Below are positions 1 through 5,529 of a stretch of DNA of 5,726 nucleotides, piece by piece. Positions within the stretch are counted from its first letter, which is position 1. Each line of letters begins with the position of its first letter. The DNA lies in IMG/VR virus record IMGVR_UViG_2700989507_000005; one strand, written 5' to 3'. The DNA comes from a virus. Its lineage: Duplodnaviria > Heunggongvirae > Uroviricota > Caudoviricetes. Made by a program: the position numbers and the translations under genes. The notes under the pieces were generated by a model. That model saw only the letters and a list, made by a program, of their open reading frames with translations. It was not told where the DNA came from and made no database searches.

Positions 1-104
1 CATGTAGATGATAATTATTATCATTTTGCGGGTCCTTTCCGGCGATCCGACAGGTTACGGGGCGGCGACCTCGCGGGTTTTCGCTATTTATGAAAATTTT
101 CCGG
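1..104 (+). other. cos: Lambda-type cos core: phage right-end terminal segment (cosQ side, 1-59) plus cosN and flanking sequence that is near-identical to lambda
   Basis: Positions 1-59 (CATGTAGATGATAAT...CCGACAGGTTACG) match my recollection of the last ~60 nt of the lambda genome with a few substitutions. Positions 60-104 (GGGCGGCGACCTCGCGGGTTTTCGCTATTTATGAAAATTTTCCGG) match the first ~45 nt of the lambda left end. Similarity to lambda stops at about 105. Confidence 0.8.
60..71 (+). other. cosN: cosN 12-nt cohesive-end sequence GGGCGGCGACCT (terminase nicking site)
   Basis: Exact match to the lambda 12-nt 5' cohesive end, in the expected context ...GTTACG|GGGCGGCGACCT|CGCGGG, and about 185 bp upstream of the small terminase gene as in lambda. 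Confidence 0.8.
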
Positions 105-108
105 GATC

Positions 109-119
109 CATGTCCGGTT
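109..119 (-). repeat. R-like element, inverted copy (CATGTCCGGTT, reverse complement of AACCGGACATG)
   Basis: Exact reverse complement of the 11-mer found at 167-177 and 197-207. Confidence 0.5.
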
Positions 120-166
120 TCTCTTCAAGTTAACTATATGAAAAATATAAAAACAGGTCTTCTGTG

Positions 167-177
167 AACCGGACATG
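167..177 (+). repeat. R-like element, direct copy AACCGGACATG
   Basis: Exact 11-mer repeat; flanked by A in the same way as the third copy (GAACCGGACATGAAC versus AAACCGGACATGACC). Confidence 0.5.
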
Positions 178-196
178 AACAAAAAACAGACATGTA

Positions 197-214
197 AACC
201 GGACATGACCGGTT
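197..214 (+). repeat. R-like element, direct copy AACCGGACATG overlapping an inverted partial copy (composite near-palindrome AACCGGACATGACCGGTT)
   Basis: AACCGGACATG at 197-207; CATGACCGGTT at 204-214 differs from the inverted copy at 109-119 by one base. Confidence 0.5.
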
Positions 215-254
215 TTGTTGTGATTGTGAGGTGAGAGTTTTTGCGAGGTGAGGA

Positions 255-764
255 GTGGCTACGCAGACTGAAGTTGCCAGGCATTTAAGTCTGACCGATC
301 GCCAGCTTCGCAGATTGCAGAAATTGCCGGGTGCCCCGATATCGAATAAGCGAGGGCAACTGGATCTGGATGCCTGGCGCGATTTTTACATATCGTATCT
401 GAGGAGAAGTAAAAACGATGTGCCTGATGGCGATAGCGAAGACGACTATGAGGAGAAATTGCTTATTGCCAGATGGGAACTGACAGCAGAACAGGCTGTT
501 ACACAGCAGTTAAAAAATGAGGTGTCAAAAGGAAAACTTATTGACACCGGGTTCTGTATTTTTGCCCTCAGTAAGCTGGCAATGGCGTTATCCAGTACGC
601 TTGATTCCATCCCTTTATCCATGCAGCGACAGTTTCCTGATTTAACACCGCGCCATCTTGACCATCTGAAAACCCTTATTGCTAAGGGGGCAAATCAGTG
701 TGCGCGGGCAGGGGATAAATTACCGGATTTACTCGATGAATATATCAGAGCAACAACTGAATAA
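255..764 (+). CDS. nu1: Terminase small subunit (Nu1-like), 169 aa; N-terminal DNA-binding domain divergent from lambda, C-terminal half lambda-like
   Basis: GTG start at 255 preceded by GGTGAGGAG (Shine-Dalgarno); an in-frame stop at 249-251 rules out an upstream start. The C-terminal half (...TGFCIFALSKLAMALSSTLDSIPLSMQRQFPDLTPRHLDHL...LPDLLDEYI) aligns with my recollection of lambda gpNu1 (...TAFCTFVLSRIAGEIASILDGLPLSVQRRFPELENRHVDFL...IPGLLSEYI). The N-terminal ~75 aa is not recognisably lambda. The 3' end overlaps the large-subunit gene as in lambda. Confidence 0.85.
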   Translation: MATQTEVARHLSLTDRQLRRLQKLPGAPISNKRGQLDLDAWRDFYISYLRRSKNDVPDGDSEDDYEEKLLIARWELTAEQAVTQQLKNEVSKGKLIDTGFCIFALSKLAMALSSTLDSIPLSMQRQFPDLTPRHLDHLKTLIAKGANQCARAGDKLPDLLDEYIRATTE

Positions 765-2664
765 TATGATGGCTGCCGTTTCGGTTGCGCTGCAGCCTCT
801 GGTCAGGGTTGTACCAATGACGGCAGTTGAATGGGCTGATCAAAATTATTATCTGCCTAAAGAATCCTCATACGGTGAGGGCGAATGGAAAACGCTGCCA
901 TTCCAGATCGCCATTATGAACTGTATGGGTAACGACCAGGTTCGCACGGTTAACCTGATTAAATCTGCCCGTGTTGGCTATACAAAGATGTTGCTGGGGG
1001 TGGTCGGGTATTTTATTGAGCATAAATCCCGAAACAGTCTGCTTTTTCAGCCCACGGATTCTGCCGCTGAAGATTTTATGAAGTCTCACGTGGAGGCGAC
1101 GATTCGGAACGTGCCATGCCTGAAAGACCTTTCCCCATGGCTGGGTCGTAAACATCGTGACAATACTCTCACGCTGAAACGCTTTTCATCGGGCGTCGGT
1201 TTCTGGTGCCTGGGCGGCGCTGCCGCCAAAAACTACCGTGAAAAATCCGTGGACGTGGTCTGCTATGACGAACTTTCCTCGTTCGAGCCGGATGTCGAAA
1301 AAGAGGGCTCGCCAACCCTGCTGGGGGATAAGCGTATTGAGGGGGCGGTGTGGCCAAAATCCATTCGCGGCTCGACGCCTAAAATCAAAGGCACCTGCCA
1401 GATCGAAAAAGCCGCTAACGAGTCGGCGCATTTTATGCGTTTTTATGTGCCCTGCCCGCACTGTGGGGAGGCGCAGTATCTGAAATTTGGCGATGAGTCC
1501 ACGCCTTTTGGGCTTAAATGGGAGAAGGACAGCCCCGAAAGTGTTTTCTACCTCTGTGAACATCATGGCTGCGTGATCCATCAGTCTGAACTGGACCAGA
1601 GCAACGGGCGGTGGATCTGTGAAAACACGGGCATGTGGACCCGTGACGGTCTGACGTTTTTCAGCGCCCGGGGTGATGAAATTCCGCCGCCGCGCTCCAT
1701 CACGTTCCATATCTGGACGGCGTACAGTCCGTTTACCACCTGGGTACAGATAGTCTATGACTGGCTGGATGCACTGAAAGATCCCAACGGCCTGAAAACC
1801 TTTGTGAACACCACGCTGGGCGAGACCTGGGAAGAAGCCGTGGGCGAAAAACTCGATCACCAGGTACTGATGGATAAGGTGGTGCATTACACGGCGGCGG
1901 TACCTGCCCGGGTGGTTTATCTGACGGCGGGCATTGACTCGCAGCGAAACCGTTTTGAGATGTATGTCTGGGGATGGGCACCGGGAGAGGAAGCTTTTCT
2001 GGTGGATAAAATCATCATTATGGGCCGTCCCGATGAGGAAGAGACGCTGTTACGTGTGGATGCGGCGATCAACAAAAAATACTGCCATGCAGACGGAACC
2101 GAAATGACCATTTCCCGTGTCTGCTGGGACACCGGGGGGATCGATGGTGAAATTGTCTATCAGAGGTCAAAAAAACACGGTGTTTTCCGGGTGCTGCCGG
2201 TAAAAGGCGCATCTGTCTATGGCAAGCCGGTGATCACCATGCCGAAAACCCGCAATCAGCGGGGCGTGTATCTGTGTGAAGTGGGGACGGACACCGCAAA
2301 AGAAATTCTCTATGCCCGTATGAAAGCCGATCCCACTCCTGCGGATGAAGCCACGTCGTATGCCATCCGTTTTCCTGATGATCCGGAGATTTTTTCGCAG
2401 ACAGAGGCGCAGCAACTGGTCGCGGAAGAGCTTGTGGAGAAGTGGGAAAAAGGAAAGATGCGTCTGCTGTGGGATAACAAAAAGCGGCGTAACGAAGCGC
2501 TGGACTGCCTGGTGTATGCCTACGCGGCATTACGTGTGTCCGTGCAACGCTGGCAGCTTGATCTGGCTGTACTGGCAAAATCCCGGGAAGAAGAGACGAC
2601 CCGGCCAACCCTGAAAGAACTGGCAGCGAAGCTGTCCGGAGGAGTGAATGGTTACAGTCGCTGA
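736..2664 (+). CDS. A: Terminase large subunit (gpA-like), 642 aa
   Basis: Start chosen at ATG 736 (MNISEQQLNN...) rather than the ORF-track start at 679, because lambda gpA begins MNISNSQVN and lambda Nu1/A overlap in the same way. Extensive near-collinear similarity to lambda gpA as I recall it (TAVEWADQNYYLPKESSYGEGEWKTLPFQIAIMN; KSARVGYTKMLLGV; GDKRIEGAVWPKSIRGSTPK; HIWTAYSPFTTWVQIV; WDTGGID; KRRNEALDCLVYAYAALR). Length 642 aa versus lambda 641 aa. Stop TGA at 2662-2664. Confidence 0.95.
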   Translation: MNISEQQLNNMMAAVSVALQPLVRVVPMTAVEWADQNYYLPKESSYGEGEWKTLPFQIAIMNCMGNDQVRTVNLIKSARVGYTKMLLGVVGYFIEHKSRNSLLFQPTDSAAEDFMKSHVEATIRNVPCLKDLSPWLGRKHRDNTLTLKRFSSGVGFWCLGGAAAKNYREKSVDVVCYDELSSFEPDVEKEGSPTLLGDKRIEGAVWPKSIRGSTPKIKGTCQIEKAANESAHFMRFYVPCPHCGEAQYLKFGDESTPFGLKWEKDSPESVFYLCEHHGCVIHQSELDQSNGRWICENTGMWTRDGLTFFSARGDEIPPPRSITFHIWTAYSPFTTWVQIVYDWLDALKDPNGLKTFVNTTLGETWEEAVGEKLDHQVLMDKVVHYTAAVPARVVYLTAGIDSQRNRFEMYVWGWAPGEEAFLVDKIIIMGRPDEEETLLRVDAAINKKYCHADGTEMTISRVCWDTGGIDGEIVYQRSKKHGVFRVLPVKGASVYGKPVITMPKTRNQRGVYLCEVGTDTAKEILYARMKADPTPADEATSYAIRFPDDPEIFSQTEAQQLVAEELVEKWEKGKMRLLWDNKKRRNEALDCLVYAYAALRVSVQRWQLDLAVLAKSREEETTRPTLKELAAKLSGGVNGYSR

Positions 2665-2854
2665 ACTACAGGCGCTACGTCAGGCGCGCCTTGATTTATT
2701 AACCGGTAAACGGGTGGTGTCTGTCCAGAAAGATGGTCGCAGAATTGAATATACGGCGGCTTCTCTGGATGAGCTTAACCGGGCGATCAATGATGCGGAG
2801 TCGGTACTGGGGACAACCCGACGTCGCCGTCGTCCGCTGGGAGTGAGGTTATGA
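2648..2854 (+). CDS. W: Head-tail joining / head completion protein (gpW-like), 68 aa
   Basis: ATG at 2648 with GGAGG upstream; 68 aa, the same length as lambda gpW; strong similarity (LTGKRVVSVQKDGRRIEYTAASL versus lambda [23 protein letters not shown]); ends in an RRRRRP basic tail. Overlaps the 3' end of A by 17 nt. Confidence 0.9.
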   Translation: MVTVAELQALRQARLDLLTGKRVVSVQKDGRRIEYTAASLDELNRAINDAESVLGTTRRRRRPLGVRL

Positions 2855-3856
2855 AACGAACGCCTGTCCTGATTGATGTGAACGGCGTTCCGCTTCGTGA
2901 GAGTCTCAGCTACAACGGGGGCGGCGCAGGATTTGGCGGGCAAATGGCGGAGTGGTTGCCACCGGCGCAGAGTGCCGATGCAGCCCTGCTGCCTGCGTTG
3001 CGTCTGGGGAATGCCCGGGCAGATGATCTGGTGCGCAATAACGGGATAGCGGCCAATGCGGTGGCACTGCATAAGGATCATATTGTCGGGCATATGTTTC
3101 TGATCAGCTACCGTCCGAACTGGCGCTGGCTGGGGATGCGGGAGACTGCGGCAAAAAGTTTTGTCGATGAGGTGGAGGCGGCCTGGTCGGAATACGCCGA
3201 AGGGATGTCTGGCGAGATCGACGTGGAAGAGAAACGCACGTTTACGGAATTTATTCGTGAAGGTGTGGGCGTTCATGCGTTTAACGGCGAAATCTTTGTG
3301 CAGCCGGTCTGGGATACGGAGAGCACGCAACTGTTTCGTACGCGTTTTAAAGCCGTGAGTCCGAAACGGGTGGACACGCCAGGACACGGTATGGGGAACC
3401 GTTTTCTGCGGGCCGGGGTGGAGGTCGATCGATATGGCCGTGCCGTTGCGTACCATATCTGTGAGGATGATTTTCCGTTCTCTGGGAGTGGACGATGGGA
3501 ACGGATCCCGCGTGAACTTCCCACCGGGCGTCCGGCCATGCTGCATATTTTCGAGCCGGTGGAGGACGGGCAGACCCGTGGGGCCAATCAGTTTTACAGC
3601 GTAATGGAACGGCTGAAGATGCTCGATTCCCTGCAGGCAACACAGCTTCAGTCGGCCATTGTGAAAGCCATGTATGCAGCGACGATTGAAAGTGAACTTG
3701 ATACCGAAAAGGCCTTTGAATATATCGCCGGCGCGCCACAGGAGCAGAAGGATAATCCGCTTATTAATATTCTGGAGAAGTTCTCCAGCTGGTATGACAC
3801 GAATAGCGTGACGCTGGGCGGAGTCAAAATTCCGCACCTTTTCCCTGGTGATAATC
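2851..3856 (+). CDS. B: Portal protein (gpB-like), N-terminal ~335 aa only; 3' part lies in the N-run
   Basis: ATG at 2851 overlaps the W stop (ATGA). Similarity to lambda gpB (GGGAGFGGQ; DAALLP; GNARADDLVRNNG; ELFVQ..WDT; FEPVEDGQTRGANQFYSVME; LQSAIVKAMYAATIESELDT; GGVKIPHLFPGD). Reading runs into N at 3857; lambda gpB is 533 aa, so about 200 aa are not visible. Confidence 0.9.
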
Positions 3857-3933
3857 NNNNNNNNNNNNNNNNNNNNNNNNNNNNNNNNNNNNNNNNNNNN
3901 NNNNNNNNNNNNNNNNNNNNNNNNNNNNNNNNN
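3857..3933. other. Run of 77 N (undetermined or masked sequence; probable assembly gap)
   Basis: Seen directly. Flanking reading frames are portal N-terminus on the left and prohead protease interior on the right, so the portal 3' end and protease 5' end are missing. Confidence 0.95.
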
Positions 3934-5088
3934 CAGGTGCGGGGCATACTGCTGGACATTGACAGTCCGGGCGGGCAGGCCGCCGGCGCGTTTGACTGCG
4001 CTGACATGATTTACCGCCTCCGTCAGCAGAAGCCGGTCTGGGCACTGTGCAATGACACGGCCTGTTCTGCAGCCATGCTGCTGGCGTCGGCCTGCTCCCG
4101 ACGGCTGGTTACCCAGACATCCCGTATCGGCTCCATTGGCGTGATGATGAGCCATGTCAGCTATGCCGGTCATCTGGCGCAGGCCGGTGTGGATATCACG
4201 CTGATTTACTCAGGGGCGCACAAGGTGGATGGCAATCAGTTTGAAGCCTTACCGGCAGAGGTTCGCCAGGACATGCAGCAGCGCATTGATGCGGCGCGCC
4301 GGATGTTTGCCGAAAAAGTGGCGATGTTTACCGGTCTGTCTGTTGATGCCGTCACGGGAACAGAGGCCGCCGTTTTTGAAGGTCAGTCCGGCATTGAGGC
4401 CGGGCTGGCGGATGAATTAGTCAATGCGTCGGATGCCATCAGTGTGATGGCCACGGCGCTGAACAGTAATGTCAGAGGAGGCACTATGCCGCAATTAACT
4501 GCAACGGAAGCCGCCGCGCAGGAGAACCAGCGAGTGATGGGGATCCTGACATGCCAGGAAGCGAAAGGACGTGAACAGCTTGCCACGATGCTGGCAGGAC
4601 AACAGGGCATGAGCGTTGCACAGGCCCGGGCGATTCTGGCCGCGGCGGCACCGCAGCAGCCGGTGGCATCCACGCAGAGTGAAGCCGATCGCATTATGGC
4701 GTGTGAAGAAGCGAACGGTCGTGAACAACTGGCGGCAACGCTGGCGGCGATGCCGGAGATGACGGTGGAAAAAGCCCGCCCGATCCTGGCTGCTTCACCG
4801 CAGGCGGATGCCGGACCCTCACTCCGTGATCAGATCATGGCACTGGATGAGGCAAAAGGGGCTGAGGCGCAGGCTGAACAACTGGCTGCCTGCCCGGGAA
4901 TGACTGTGGAGAGCGCCCGGGCTGTGCTGGCTGCGGGATCAGGTAAGGCAGAACCGGTCTCTGCATCCACAACCGCCCTGTTTGAACGCATCATGGCGAA
5001 CCATTCACCGGCAGCGGTACAGGGTGGCGTGCCACAGACGTCAGCAGACGGTGATGCGGACGTGAAAATGCTCATGGCCATGCCATGA
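3934..5088 (+). CDS. C: Prohead protease / scaffold protein (gpC-like), C-terminal 384 aa; 5' end lies in the N-run
   Basis: Strong similarity to lambda gpC from the first resolved codon (GILLDIDSPGG...GAFDCADMI...KPVWALCNDTACSAAMLLASACSRRLVTQTSRIGSIGVMM...ITLIYSGAHKVDGN...GLADELVNASDAISVM). This is an S49 / ClpP-fold serine protease signature; the CSA motif aligns with the lambda NCSAG region. Stop TGA at 5086-5088. Confidence 0.9.
   Translation, partial: QVRGILLDIDSPGGQAAGAFDCADMIYRLRQQKPVWALCNDTACSAAMLLASACSRRLVTQTSRIGSIGVMMSHVSYAGHLAQAGVDITLIYSGAHKVDGNQFEALPAEVRQDMQQRIDAARRMFAEKVAMFTGLSVDAVTGTEAAVFEGQSGIEAGLADELVNASDAISVMATALNSNVRGGTMPQLTATEAAAQENQRVMGILTCQEAKGREQLATMLAGQQGMSVAQARAILAAAAPQQPVASTQSEADRIMACEEANGREQLAATLAAMPEMTVEKARPILAASPQADAGPSLRDQIMALDEAKGAEAQAEQLAACPGMTVESARAVLAAGSGKAEPVSASTTALFERIMANHSPAAVQGGVPQTSADGDADVKMLMAMP
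4486..5088 (+). CDS. nu3: Scaffold protein (Nu3-like), nested in-frame within the 3' third of the C-like gene, 200 aa
   Basis: In-frame ATG at 4486 preceded by AGAGGAGG at 4474-4481 (a strong Shine-Dalgarno inside a coding region). Length 200 aa versus lambda Nu3 about 201 aa. Same in-frame nested arrangement and shared stop with C as in lambda (established for lambda; inferred here). Confidence 0.6.
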   Translation: MPQLTATEAAAQENQRVMGILTCQEAKGREQLATMLAGQQGMSVAQARAILAAAAPQQPVASTQSEADRIMACEEANGREQLAATLAAMPEMTVEKARPILAASPQADAGPSLRDQIMALDEAKGAEAQAEQLAACPGMTVESARAVLAAGSGKAEPVSASTTALFERIMANHSPAAVQGGVPQTSADGDADVKMLMAMP

Positions 5089-5124
5089 AGTCAGTGCTGA
5101 TCATCAACAGGAGGTTTTTACAAT

Positions 5125-5475
5125 ATGGTAACGAAAACCATCACTGAACAGCGTGCGGAAGTACGTATTTTTGCCGGTAATGATCCGGCTCATACCGCCA
5201 CAGGCAGCAGCGGGATTTCCTCGGCAACACCGGCACTGACGCCCCTGATGCTGGATGAAGCCAGCGGGAAACTGGTGGTCTGGGACGGACAGAAAGCCGG
5301 TAGTGCAGTTGGCATACTGGTACTGCCGCTTGAAGGCACAGAGACGGTACTGACCTATTACAAGTCGGGGACCTTTGCGACGGAGGCAATCCGCTGGCCT
5401 GAAAGTGTGGATGAACACAAAAAGGCAAATGCCTTTGCCGGCAGTGCCCTGAGTCACGCGGCGCTGCCGTAACAC
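5125..5475 (+). CDS. D: Head decoration protein (gpD-like), 116 aa
   Basis: ATG at 5125 with CAGGAGG at 5108-5114. Similarity to lambda gpD (DPAHTATG; TPLMLDE; KLVVWDG; AVGIL; YYKSGTF; FAGSA). Stop TAA at 5473-5475. Confidence 0.9.
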
Positions 5476-5480
5476 GTTAT

Positions 5481-5500
5481 CAGGCCACCGCGGTGGCCTG
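5481..5500. other. Perfect 20-bp palindrome CAGGCCACCGCGGTGGCCTG in the D-E intergenic spacer; potential RNA stem-loop
   Basis: Seen directly; the sequence equals its own reverse complement. Lies 6 nt after the D stop and 30 nt before the E start. No strong U-tract follows (ACTGATTTCTGAATG), so it is not an obvious intrinsic terminator. Confidence 0.4.
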
Positions 5501-5529
5501 ACTGATTTCTGAATGAAAGGAACTGATTT

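Larger units (their letters stand above)
105..216 (+). promoter_or_regulatory. cosB: cosB-like terminase small-subunit binding region: three copies of AACCGGACATG (one inverted) plus partial copies, with an AT-rich spacer
   Basis: Read directly: CATGTCCGGTT at 109-119 (inverted copy); AACCGGACATG at 167-177 and 197-207 (direct copies); CATGACCGGTT at 204-214 (inverted, one mismatch, overlapping the third copy to form a near-palindrome); half-site GACATG at 189-194. The spacer at 121-160 is AT-rich with A-tracts. Position between cosN and the small terminase gene corresponds to lambda cosB (R3-I1-R2-R1), but the repeat sequence differs from the lambda R elements. Confidence 0.55.

Noticed and set aside
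228-252. Duplicated GAGGTGAG motif (228-235 and 245-252) as a possible second gene start or tandem repeat
   Set aside because: The only nearby alternative start (TTG 241) opens a frame that terminates within about 15 codons. More simply read as an extended purine-rich Shine-Dalgarno region for the GTG start at 255.
84-284. 66-aa minus-strand ORF across the cos region
   Set aside because: Lies over cosN and cosB, which are non-coding in lambda-like phages; the low-complexity product looks like a chance ORF in AT-rich DNA.
679-735. N-terminal extension of the large terminase ORF (MLRGQISVRGQGINYRIYS...)
   Set aside because: Homology to lambda gpA begins at MNIS (ATG 736), the extension lies within the Nu1-like coding frame overlap, and lambda uses the equivalent internal start.
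1238-1483. 81-aa plus-strand ORF in an alternate frame within the large terminase gene
   Set aside because: Out-of-frame overlap with gpA; Arg-rich low-complexity product; no independent start signal.
1186-1887. 233-aa minus-strand ORF inside the large terminase gene
   Set aside because: Antisense to a highly conserved gene, with no recognisable domain or start context; a shadow ORF.
2680-4173. 497-aa ORF on the minus strand
   Set aside because: Antisense to the strongly supported portal and protease genes, spans the N-run (so its continuity is an artifact), has no credible ribosome-binding site, and its composition (Arg/Pro/His-rich) is typical of antisense frames in GC-rich coding DNA.
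4383-4728. Several 60-100 aa minus-strand ORFs opposite the protease/scaffold gene
   Set aside because: All are antisense to the conserved C/Nu3 frame in GC-rich DNA; no support as genes.
2851-5088. Single 745-aa ORF from the ORF track
   Set aside because: It is a concatenation of the portal N-terminus and the protease C-terminus bridged by 26 X codons from the N-run; treated as two partial genes unless the gap is shown to be real sequence of that exact length.
5104-5475. 123-aa minus-strand ORF and 95-aa minus-strand ORF (5141-5428) opposite the decoration gene
   Set aside because: Antisense to the well-supported gpD-like gene; Cys/Arg-rich shadow frames.
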